Positions 13,290 to 25,362 of a stretch of 64,000 nt of DNA are shown here, piece after piece. The notes below the pieces were generated by a model that had not been told where the DNA came from, did no database searches, and saw nothing but the letters and a program-made list of their open reading frames with translations. Position 1 is the first letter of the stretch. Each line of letters begins with the position of its first letter. The position numbers and the translations under genes are program-made. Location of the stretch: assembly GCA_026026165.1 (NCBI GenBank), contig JAPEUD010000079.1, positions 1-64,000 of the forward strand, given 5' to 3'. The DNA comes from Sarea resinae (taxonomy: Eukaryota).

Positions 13290-13945
13290 ACCTGTCTATC
13301 TGTCTATGTCTGTGTCTGTGTCTGTATCTTTGTCTCATCCTAGTCCATGTCCCAAGTCCAAGTCCTAGCTTATCCGCATGTTCACCCAAGGTCTTGCTTG
13401 CAGTGCTCGGTCGCTCGGACCATGAGTCGGGGTCCGGCGGACGGTCGGTCGGTCGTTGTCACGCACTGTATAAGTGAGTAAGTCAGCAACCAAGTGAGTG
13501 AGTGAGTGAGCGAGCGAGTGAATCAGTCAAGTGCATCAGTATAAAGCACCAGCGAAAGTGTCCCAAAAATCAAATGGTATCAGACGAATTTTCTTCTATC
13601 AAGCTGATTGATTCCGAGATGCACCCATCGTGTCCCTTCGCCCCCAATCAATCAATGGCCGCCCGTTTTCGCTCCTGTGTTTCTTTTCTTTTCTTTTCTC
13701 CTCTCCTTTCTTTCATCAACATTTTCTCTCGGGACTTTAGGGTTACAGGCAGAGGACAAATAGAAAAGGGGCGCTGTTGTTTTGAACATCCAAAAAAAGA
13801 GAAAGAGAGAGAGAGAAGGGATGGATGGATGGATGAATGGACGGATACATGAGAATGCCATTGCCGCCGCCGCCGCCGCCGCCGCCTAGAAAGAAGCAAG
13901 GAATCTATGTGCAGTGACACCTCTCCCTCTCCCTCTCCCTCCCCA
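13290..13945. repeat. cluster of simple repeats (TGTCTG, GTGA, GGAT, GCC, CCCTCT) in the convergent STRAP/BEACH spacer
   Basis: Several short tandem arrays are visible, e.g. 13494-13520 (GTGA/GCGA), 13819-13840 (GGAT), 13863-13886 (GCC). Confidence 0.8.
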
Positions 13946-14184
13946 TACTCTATCTGCCTCGTCTTTCCGGCCTCTTTCATGTCCGCGCATTCATCATCCA
14001 CCCATCCCACATGGCTAGCCATCCATTCATCAGCGCCCCTTGCCGATCACCTATCAACTACCGTCCATGTCCATCGTCCATTGCCCTTATCGAATCCATG
14101 CCCGAGTCCTACCCATCTCTTTCCATATCCCCCGTAATCTTCGTCCCTCGATCAACGAATTAACGATCACGATCATGATCACGA

Positions 14185-17100
14185 TTACGGATCATTTCGC
14201 TGGACGACGTCCCATTCGTACTACACCATGTCCTCTTGCATTAGCCCACCCGATTCCATGCCATGGCCACTAAACGCTCCCGGAGTCGCTCTGACGACTA
14301 TCAAAAGGAAAAAGCACTCACCACTCTTCCTGACTCATCTCCCGTATAGACGGCCTGCGGCATCGGCAAGATCTGCGTCATGGCGGCCGCGAAATTCATC
14401 TTCTCCTCTCGCGAATTGTCGACGTGGTTGAGGCGTTTGACTAGCTCAAGAACGAAGGTGCCATTGGCATGGATGGCTTTGCTCCAGACCTGTGAGACCG
14501 GTGGCGTGCTGACATTAGTCGCATGTTTCATACAAGGTATCGGAAACGGGGACGTTGATAAAAGCGTAGGCGGAAAGGGCGGGAAAGACTCACGTTGACG
14601 ACTCCACGTTTGTGCCCAGTAAAGAGAAGATCGCGCTCTAGCCACTCGTTGCCCTGTCCTTCATAAAAGGCGCAGGACATAATCTGGTCGTCGGCGGAAT
14701 CACAGGCAGACTGATCGAGAATGAGCTCGCCATTGAGCGTGTACAGTGTAACGCGTTGGCCACGACAGAGCATGATATTGCCATTCACGTCGTTGATCCG
14801 CGCACATTCCACAGGCCCTCCCGAGGTCAGTTTGCGTAGAAACTCCAGCCTGTTCAAATCCCACAAGAGCACATGTCCGTCCAATGAGGCTGAAAGGAAT
14901 GTGCTAAAGGACCGAGAAAGTGCGAGCACTGTGACAGGAGTTCGGTGGCCAAACAGGCAGCTCTTTGGGTGGAGGTCGACAGCTTTAGACGTCGATTTGA
15001 CCGACCAGACAGAAATTGTGCAGTCCATCCCCGCAGTGATGAGAGTTCTCGAGTCGGCAAAGATGGCATTGGAGAGTTGTCCTTGGTGTAGTTGCTCGAA
15101 GAGGCCGTTAAGCTACTCGTGTCAGTCGCGCTCGATACGTTACGTTTATGAGGGAAATTACCTTCCCACTGTCTTTAGAGTAGAATCGGACGCTTCGGTC
15201 GGCAAATCCCCATTCCAAACATTTATCATAATCCGGAGGCATGTTCAATCTAAAGGCGGAACAATAGAGTAGCCGTTCATGCTTGGTTGAGTATTGCAGT
15301 GATGATATTTTCTCGTTGCTCTCTGACGATGATCGATTAGCAGAGAATATGAGACAGCATATACGACCAACTCACCAAGTATTGGGAATGGAAGTCTAGT
15401 CAGAGACTTGGCCGCAGTATCAAGACCCCTAGGCTTATGTCGAGTTTCATCCCGCTGAGGATGAGCTCGCTGGAATACTTGGTGGGGTGTCTGACCAAAG
15501 TTGTGGATTATACCGATAGTGGCAAGACGCTCCACAGGATCTTCAATATCGTCTATGTTCCTAGCCCCGTGGTACGAAAGATGATGGAACACATTCGTCG
15601 CTTCTAATGCAGCTTCTCCTCTTTGCTTGAAACCAAACACAAGATCGATCCATTCGTGAAGATGCTTGCTGACGTAAGGACTCTCAAGAGCTTCCCTGTT
15701 CTTTGCGACGAAGATTTTGGGGTCTCCCTTGGCCCAAGGAGGAAGGGCTACATTGTCGATAGGTTCATCGGTGCCTTGTCTTAGGCCAAAGTCGAATCCG
15801 TTTGCATTGGTGAGAAATTCCGGCAGATAGAAAAATTCAGGCGTTAGCTCTCGCACGTCGGTCATATTGTTTCTTGACGCAGACATCCAAGCTTTTTCTA
15901 TAGAGTAAAATAGCCGGTCAGCGTGATCGAAAGTACCGCCTTGGAGGAGAAGATAAGATTGCACGAATGGTCGGAGTCTAATGAGATATGAGGTGACAAT
16001 CATGGCGGAAGAGTAGTGAGTTCCGTAATGGAAAGGCGGCTGGTCTCCCATCTCTGAGAAGGATTGATATCGATCTCTGAACTCCGCTTGCCTCTCTGGT
16101 GTCTGGCACCCCATTGGCTTTGACAGATCTCTGAAAGATCGAGGATTGTCGAGATCAAGTTCTTCACTGGTATAGTCGGCCAAGACCCATGGGAAAACGG
16201 GATATTGAGTGAGATCGTTGAACGTTCGGCCCGCCATAGTATTTACGAGCATGAGGTAGTGAAAGTTCGAGAGTTCTCCCTTCACCCATTTCCGCGTGGC
16301 GGGAAAAGAAGATGTAGAATTGAACACGTTCACGAACTTGGACCCAAAAGACTGCGGAACATCCTCGGGGCTCTTCAAGGCGTCAAGTCTCCAGGCATCT
16401 TCCGGATGAGGTGATGCTTGGTTTCCAACAACGTGCGGTGCTCGTGCTATCAGCTGCGAGTGAAGCTCATTACGAATCTGCGGAGAGAAAGCAGTGAGAA
16501 GATAGCTGCGACCATCGGTAAAGAAAACCTCGATGGCCACGTCTCTAAAGAGAAATCGGCGTTTCGAGATACTGATAACATCATGCCATCTCCAATTCCG
16601 AGATTCTGCCACACTGCCACCCGTGTGTTGTCTCCTATCACTTGGTTCTCGTCCTGATATCATTTGCACGTAAGGATCTCGTTCCTCGTGGGGAGCCTGC
16701 CACACGTTGACGATTTCGCCATCTGGTCTTTGGAAAAAGTCGTCTAGTAGATATAAGCTGTCCTTTCCGAGAATAAGCAGTCCTTCGCAAGCTTCGAGAC
16801 CAACGATCCGGGAGATATTATAGACATGTTGAACCTGGTCGCCATGTTGCAAACTTCTCATCACTTTTCGGTTTTTGTCTTCGAAACCATCTTCGTCGTC
16901 TTTTGGGTCCTCTACCATCTCGAATCCGTCCTCGTGAGACTCCGGCTCTTCTGTCATTTCGCCTACCGTCTCAGTCCGCGCGGTGTCAAGTGTCGAATCT
17001 CCATGGAAGGTGGAGTGTTCTCGAATTGGGGTAGTACTGATCGCTTCGCTCATTGAAACGGACCGCATCTTTGGATCTATTTTGAGGCTACTGCCCGAAA

Positions 17101-20100
17101 CAGCTTCTGACTGCTTGCGCTTTGGACGGTAGAGCTCTTGGCGCAAAGTGTCGTCCGGCAATACTCGAAGTCTCATACGATTTCTCCCCTCTGTTTGATC
17201 GAGTCGCCACTTGCGAGGACTGCCGTCATCTAGTAGACCACAAGGCCGTCGCAGATCCCGATCAAGTTTGGTAAAGGTAGAGGATATAAATGTGAAGTTG
17301 TCTTGCTGGTCCTGCATTGCTCGTTGATGCTTCAGATGTTCTGAAGCAAAGATGTTTGCCATCCAGTGACCAGCTGCGATCTCATGTCGATGGAGTACAT
17401 CTTCAGAAGTGCGATCATCACTTAGCCACTGCCGGAGTTTCTCTCTCCTTCTGGCCACTCGAGTCTTGGCTGTCTCTTCAGTTCTTCGGTTTTCGTCGGA
17501 GACAAAGTCCTCCCAAGCCTTAGACATAGCTCCAAAGAAGAAAGCGTCAAGATCAATCCGATGGTCATCGATCCAAGACAGAAAGGTCTCATTGTCGAGC
17601 TCCGTTAGCCTTCTGAAGCCCATCAAAAGATGCTTTTGATCTGAAGTCATCGTCTGGTTGAGCATAACAGATGTCTCGTTCGGCTTTTGGACGAGAATAA
17701 TTCGCCAGAGATTTGCCGCGGCAAGTCTGATCCTCTCAGGTGAGCTTATGAGCTTTGTATAGAGCAGGTAGCATATCAGGCGTAGGAAATTGCCTTCTGT
17801 GTCCGGTGAGAGGATGATTGTTTGCCAATACATCATGCGGTCCAAGAATGCGACAGAATCATCCTCGGTTCCCGAATCGTCCAACTCCGAAAGTCGAAGG
17901 AGGACTACACGAAGGAAGACGATCCGAATAGATGAAACAGCCTGACTGCAGAGGCGTACGCTTTTGATTTTCGAGATATCGGCTCGCTGCAAGTATTCGA
18001 GAATTGTGCCAACAAAGTCAAGCAAAGGCTCAGCACCATTGAGGAACCATCCTTCGAACACGGCTTCTGCCAAATGCGATGAAAGACGAGAGATGTTGGT
18101 AATGACTCTTGGCTCCCAAAGGATTTTTTGATTTAGCTGAATGGTGGTACCGAGCTGAGATAGAGTATTCCGAAGAATATAAGATTCAAAGTAAGCTTGG
18201 TGCTCCTGAAATCCAGGAGGTACTTTCAAAAACAGGCCAAAGCCAGGAAAGTCCTTTCGCTCTAGTGTCTGCTCCGTGAATACTGCTATCACAACCTCCA
18301 AGAGGCTTTCTATGATAGAGTTACCAACATTAAGGGCAATGGCGGTTTTCGTCTTAGGAGACATGATCGCATTCAAACGAGCGGTGGAAGGCGAATGTTG
18401 TGCCTTGTCCGAGGTGACTAGTATGAAGGATGAACCACGCCGTAAAGGATTCGCCCTCTGCATTGTTGGACTTGGAGGCGGTTCTACAGTCATGGTTCGT
18501 ACGACTGGAGGTGCCAGTTGATTTGACCGAGAATGCGGTCTGATCACGACATCACTCCCATCAAAGGTCAAGGCGTTTCCTCGAGAGTAGAGCTCAGCCT
18601 CCGGACTGACCACATCCGAACTGACAATTACCGGAAAAAGAACAAAAAGAAGCTCTTGGACGTAGTTCGAGGAGACAGCGAAGTCCCGGAATGTCGAGAA
18701 CTTTGAGTGGATATCACTTAGAAAGTGAATTACAGTTTGCAAGACAATAGCATAGCCTCCTATACGATCCGCAGAAGGCCTTTGCAATTCTAAAAAAATG
18801 TCAGTGTCATTCGCTTGCTTTCGTAATGATCGCTTACGGAGAGATGCCAGCTCGGTCTCTAGATCCATGGATCTCGCCCTTGGTCGTCCTGGTCTTTGAA
18901 CGTCTAGTCTTGTTGGGTCAGTGGATCGGTTTCCTCGTCCTTGCAGGGGTGAATCAGGACTATCCTGGTCCTTGACTACGGTTCTCAGTCCTTGCTGGAT
19001 CATTGCGGTGATCACAGGCAATACTTCAGGATAAGCAATTCGGGCCTTTTCCTTGGCCGAGAAGGTGTCCAGAAAATTGTAAAGATCAAAAGATCGGTCA
19101 AAATCGATCTGTCCGACATCTTGGTCAAACAGAATGGCAAAGCAGATCGGCCAAATCGTTGGGATGTTCCACCAGTGCTTCAGCCGATGCCGCATAATCA
19201 TAAAGCCGCCGGTCTTCTCAGCAAACTTGGTCACATAGCTCGAGCCATGGACGACCAAAAGACGGGCCAGCAATTTGGCGCCCAGAATGACTACTCGAGG
19301 CTCATCCTCAGCGAGAAGAAACAAAAGCCACTAGCACCATCAGTCAAGTTGGAGACAATTGTAGACGAGCGAACTGACCTTGTTTGTCACTGTCCTAGCA
19401 AATTTCTTTATGTTGCTAGTTCCACTCTCATTGCAAAGGAGCTCACTATACATCTCCAAGACTTTGATGCCCAAGTGCGTGCGCGGAAGTTCATCCGAAG
19501 AAGGGCTTATAGGTGTAGGGGGCTTTACCACAGGAATTGCTAGAGACGGCCTCTTGTGGATGTTCTCTCTCGAGCCTGCTTCGGATTTTGTAGTACCTCT
19601 TCTATTCAGCGATGCTTTTGTAAGCGGGGCGGGCGTTTTATGCAGAGCATAAGTAACAAAAAGTGACAGGGAACGGAGTACTTCCGCAGACATGTTGCAG
19701 CTGACGAGAGATTTGAACGCCTTCATGAAGTCGGGTAGCACATCAGCAAGGAATGTCTCTCCCTTCAGAGCATCAAGTAACTTCTTCACGATACCTAGAA
19801 ACTAGTGTTAGCAAGCTCAGTCCAAGGTGAGGAGATGTGCTGGAGAACTTACGCATGCGGAACAATCTCTTCGAGTTGAAATGGTGATACTTGCTTTCTA
19901 CACCGAACGTAACGAATTGCTTGTAATATGCTTTTTGGGTGTCTGAAGGGGCTTTACGCCACATGTCGAAGTCTACTAGAAGGGTCCTGTATCCCAGAGC
20001 ATTGTTGATTATGGACTCTTCAGGATTCTTCTCGTTGTATCCCACGAAATTCAACACCAGCTGAAGCAATTCCCTGCTCAGTAACGCAATCTCTTCGGCA

Positions 20101-22526
20101 CCGCCTTCGATCGTGGATGAACTTGCAGCATTGGATGGGCCAATGATCGTACCTGCTCCCATTTTACCCCTTAAAAGAGCACCCAAAACGTTGAAGCCGC
20201 CTTCTCTTTCAACGGCTTCGCTGTTTCGCCAATTGTCTTTGATGCTGGCGAAGAATATATGGACCGCTTGGACCAGAGTCTTACGGGTCCTTGCGAGTTC
20301 AATCAAGTGAAGGCCAACGGCAGCACATCCGCCTATCCGCCAAATTGCATCATCTAGGGATTGTGGAATAGCAACAATAAGGTCCCCTGTGAGAATAGCG
20401 ATACCGTGTGGTTGGGTGAGAGCATCATCGATCGAAGGGAGTGCCCCGTTTATCGCAATCGCATTTCCTCCAGCTCGAGTTAATTGATACAAATTCTTAG
20501 CTGCACGAGCGGAAAGACGAGAACTAAGTTGCTGATCATCGGTATTACTAAATCCATCATCACTGAGCACAGCAGTCGGGAATATGCTTAACAAGATGCG
20601 AGACTCTGGTAGCAGGCCGCTAGCTTTTGATCGGATAACCGACACAATATCTGACTTCTCTTCTTTACCTGGATGCATCAGTTCATTACGCATATTGAGC
20701 CTAGCCGAAGCTTCATATGTCTGAAAAGAGCCCAAGCAATCCTGGAAGTTACCATTGTAACGGGGCCCTAATTGGTGATGTACAGCAATGAGATCATCAC
20801 TCAGAACCTCTTCGAATAGATGGGCTGAAGCGAGAGACCATCGCGACAAGACAACGCCTCTTCCAAGCCGTGAAGAGAGATCCTGGGGCGTTCCGAGAAA
20901 GGCCTGGACAGGATTTTGCCGATGGCTTGAGGATGTCAAAGAGGCAAAGCTATCTGTACTGGTGTTCAGAGGTGGACAGCTGGACGGATATTGGCATTTC
21001 ACTTGTTCCGCAAACTCTCCATCCACAAACAGAGAAGCTCTGCTTGAGGTTGTCGTTCGAGGCCGTCGATGGACGACGGCGACATGGTACCAACGATTCT
21101 CCTCGAATTTGGTAGACTTAAAACGAACGCTCGGTCTTGAAGAGGTTATAGATGTTTGGAGGATGAAATTTCGTGTGTCCTTTTCAATATAAATGAGAAC
21201 GAAGCAAGTCTGGCTAGCGTCAAAGGCACCAAAGATAGTTGTATGAGCATCAGGATCGAATTTGTCTATTCGTATCCATGCAGTAAATGTGTAGCCGGCA
21301 CTGGATGACGTAGGTGGAAAAGCACGCCCAATATTTGCTAGCTCGACAGATGCAAAGCCGTGAAGCGAGAGGTCGAACTGGATGTGCGCTGGGCCTCGAG
21401 ATGATTCGAGTGCCTTTTGAAGGAATGCGGCCACCGCAGGTGATGACCCAGCCTCGCGGTACAGATATCGAGCATCATTCAAGTTGCTGACGCCCAACTG
21501 GATCAAGACGCTGGACAACCTTCCTAGCAGCTGGGTCTCGGAGGATGACAATGCAGAATCGAACTGTCGAGGAAGTATGGTGCTTAAGATACCCGTCGCA
21601 TGTAGAGCAGCGAGATTTCGTTCGGAAGAGGTCGCGATCCGGTGAAGAGCTAGGATTATGGACATTGACGTAATCCTTGGTGATTTATCAGATGCAGGTC
21701 GGGATCCAAACATGGCGGACCAGAAATTGACAATGATTTTGACGATCTCTGGATTCTGAAGGATGCCATCGCCTCCGAAAGCTTTCTTAAGTTCCTTTTC
21801 GATAATCTTGGCCTCCTTCGTACAACCGCCCGTTATGGTATTTGAGGTTTCGTCTCCACCGGCTTTTGAATCCCGCTCAGACCCATGATCCTCAGACTTC
21901 TGGCTTCGTTCACTCACGTCGCTGCCCTCGAATCGCCTCTGGATGCCACGAAAAGTAGATGACAGCGTCTCCTCTCCTAATCCGAATGCAAACAAACAAC
22001 CAAAAAGTTTGGCCTCTGCTATGGTATCATCATTTCCATCTTCCGCGCTTCCACTTCCCACTCCGGTGCTTGCCAGCGCCTGCTCGAGAGATCCCCAACC
22101 ATCGCCCTCCACTCTCCTTGAAAAATACCGTCGATTGCCCCAGTGGCCGTTGAGGGTCTCAGACAAGACAGCCAATATTATCTTGAGTAGCTCGAAGAAG
22201 TCTGCCTTATCCTCGTCCGAAAGTGTAGATGCGTTGTAGAAACCGGACACGGAGCGTAGTGTGTTCAGCAGCGCCTGAAAGCCATGGAGATGGCGGAAAG
22301 CGTCCTTTGCTTGGCTTGGATAAGGCGTATCGACGAGAATCTGTCGGATCCAATGGAATTTCTCGGACTTGCCCCGCAGGCTCTCGCCCGTTACGGGTGT
22401 GCGGCTCGAAGAGCTGATCTCGTTAATGGCGTCGACAAGCGGTCGAAGCTCTTCGACGAGCGAAGCCGTTATTGGAGAATTGGATGCCGCGGTCGAGGAC
22501 CTAGAACGGCGCATTGGAGTGGCCAT
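14185..22526 (-). CDS. BEACH-domain/WD40 protein (Bph1/beige/ALFY-like)
   Basis: ORFs 22526-19773, 19789-19340, 19324-15245 and 15028-14528 joined by GT-AG introns (e.g. 19852-19795, 19378-19331, 18837-18790, 15375-15323); last exon YEWDVVQRNDP*. ConA-like region, PH-BEACH (SNFHYLMLVNTMAGRTFNDLTQYPVFPWV, HYGTHYSS, DVRELTPEFFYLPEFL, LHEWIDLVFG, FGQTP) and C-terminal WD40. Confidence 0.95.
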
Positions 22527-22847
22527 GATTTGAAGCCAAAGCCAGGAAACCTAGCCGCAAGAGGCACGCGACTCACGGGGGGGGGGGGGAGGAGCTCTCT
22601 CATCTATCAGATAGATTTGGCAGCCTCACGGGTAGGTTTGACCACGATCCGACGTTCTGGGCGCTTCGTCATTGGTGGTGACACTGCCCGATCAGGTCGA
22701 AATCCCTATCAAACGACACTCAGACAGCTCACGCATCGAAGGAGGCAATCTTCAGTATAACCCTTCTCCCGCGGCTAACAGCTCATAATAGAAATCAAGA
22801 CGAATGAATAGCAGCCGTGGAGGTATCATTCAATCAACAGAGCGGGC

Positions 22848-23196
22848 GTACTGCGTAAGAGAAGGTACGGTGCGGTACAGTAGGTACGATACGGTACGGC
22901 AGGCAAGGTACGAGAGGAGTACTGAGTACGTATGCAGCTACGAGGACGCAGTACTGCGAGTACAGCCCTACTCGAGCCAGTCATCAGCATCGATCGATGA
23001 CTGATAGGTAGTAGGTAAGGTACTCGTCCTCGTGCGTCGTGCTTCATAGGTACTAAGAGTACGGAGTATTCGATTTCCAGGTACTCGTACTGCGGATGGC
23101 ATCGCATCGAGTAGACGTACCCTGCGTGTACCCACTCTCCGGTCCCTTGGCAAGGCCTTTGCACTCGTTCGCCTTTCCTTTTCGCGCAGTACGTAC
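22848..23196. promoter_or_regulatory. dense GTAC motif array upstream of the BEACH gene
   Basis: I count 19 GTAC in about 350 bp (about 1-2 expected by chance), including TACGGAGTA near 23060. A regulatory role is inference only. Confidence 0.5.
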
Positions 23197-24601
23197 TCAG
23201 TCTTGTCGATATCGGTATTGGCCTGGTGAGGCATATCAGGAGGATCGACGGGCGTCAGCTGCAGCCAGACGGCAAGACAAGAATGATGATACCCGAGGAC
23301 TACGACGGGACTAGGTGCTACTAGGTCGCTTGCAATCAAACGCCGTGTTGAGAGGTACCTGCAAGTAGCTTAGCTACCCCTCCGAGCTCCAGTCCTCTGC
23401 CTCTCTGCAGCAGCCAAGTGGAGATTGTGCTTTGCGGCACGACAACGACCACCCGTCCGATACCAAGTTATTGCTATATACGCATCCATCCGCGATGCAT
23501 TCAGGTGTTACCTCTACGAGTAGTCAAAGGATAGGAGCATTGATATGTGTGTTCTTATGTGTCTAGCTGTCTCACCGTACAGAATTCAAAATGCTGTTAA
23601 AGGAGTCTTAGACTTCGCTCGTGCCTCTGCATATTGCAGAGAATTCTTGAAGTCGTTCTTAGTTAGTAGATAGAGCATGGCCCTTCAATGCCCATCTCAT
23701 TCCAAAATCTAGAACGAAATCTAGTTATCAGGATATTGTCTGGGACAGACCACGAGAGGAGGACAAGCCTTTTCACATTGCAAAGCGCCATGTCTCTTCA
23801 AGCTGCTCCCCATAGGCTCCCATGATAATGCATTCTGAGTGAAGGTAGTCGTCAGAAGTAGCTGTCCGTGCATAGACATCTGGGTAAGCACGGTTCGAAT
23901 ATGGCACTACTGTCTATGGGATAATCAATGTATCTGCTGCTCATCCTTGAGGCATGGTCGGAATGTCTTACGAACTCCGCCGTGGCTGTTCTAAAAGCAG
24001 TAGTATAGATCCCGGGCCCAGCATTTGGAGTATCCGTGCAATCGCAACCTTCCTAACGTCCATCACGAGCCGGAAGACCTTATTGCATCTCCCTCAGCCA
24101 GCTTCGTCATTGATTCGCAGCATCGAGACGAGGCACTTCTCGCAGCAACCTTGGAATCCGTTGAGTTCGATGACGCAAAATCTTCTATATCGAGCTCGAA
24201 GGTGCCGATCTTGATCCCCGCCCCCGCATCCATTGGTGTAACGGAAGGCCCTCTCATCTTTGGCTTGAGGCACGCGTGTTGGATTCAAGGTAGCTGTGCT
24301 GCGCAGAGCGCCTTGCCAGCGACAGCTTCGAGAAGATCCGAAGTCCAAGGGGGAGATGAAGACTTCTTCATATTGCTCCAATGTAGAAGTCAAAGCGACA
24401 CGTCCTCCATCTGAGAAGGCATTGAAGGCAACACTTCGTTCGAAGATAGCGGGACCTCTGAACTATCGACGCGCCCGAGTTGGAATTCCTGCTCGATGAT
24501 GGAAGGAAAGTAAGATGACGACCATCACCTATCTTCTGGATGACTCTATTTTGTCCCTTTATGTAATCATGTCCTTGGCTCACGAGGACGTGAGAGATCG
24601 A

Positions 24602-24642
24602 CAGGCATCAGCAGGCATCAGCAGGCATCAGCAGGCGTCAGC
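24602..24642. repeat. 10-nt tandem repeat (CAGGCATCAG)x4
   Basis: Direct reading; the last copy has one mismatch. Confidence 0.9.
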
Positions 24643-25362
24643 TGCGGCCATACGTCGTGATTCAGGGTACTGCATGTTACCGAGAAGACCATAGGTTAGT
24701 GGCGGACAGTCAAGTAGATCTAAGTAGTGGAGCTACCCCTCGTTGCACTTGAGCGCAGATCGTACGGCACGACAGGAACACCCACAGAAGCAATTGAAGT
24801 GCCTCCACGCCTCTAGTACTGCCGATCTAATTCTGGGGCCAGGCGGAGCGGCGGGCAATGGCGGGCGCTGGCGGGCTACGCCTGACAACAGTTTGGCGCT
24901 AACTGACTCCGCGAGGCGAAGAGCGACGTCGGCGGCCATGTCGAGCCCAGATACGAGATAGCAGAACAGCGGTACCTCTCGTCCCAGCGTGCGCATCCTG
25001 CAGCACAGCCGCAATCACATCAATCGGTCCCGATAAGAGCTCGGGCGCATTGGGCTTAGCTCGGCGGTCCCAGCCTCCCCAACCGCCCGTAGGATGGGTC
25101 ATCCATCCAAGTTGCGCCTCTTGCTCCTTGCGGAGTACCGTACCCGTACCTGCTGCCTCATGATATCGCCTTGCTGTCTCCATCCGCCTCCGCTCGCACC
25201 TCCTTCATCTACTCATCTACTCCCATCCTCCCCCATCCTTCCTTCATCCTTCCTTCTCTTGCTTCTCATCCTCAACTCTTCCTCATCCATCGATCCATCT
25301 CCAGCAGCAGCAGCAGCAGTCTTGTCTATCTCTCTATCCGAGCTCGTTTCATTCATTTCATC

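Noticed and set aside
23885..23910. tRNA T-loop-like GGTTCGAAT
   Set aside because: No matching T-stem, D-arm or acceptor stem around it.
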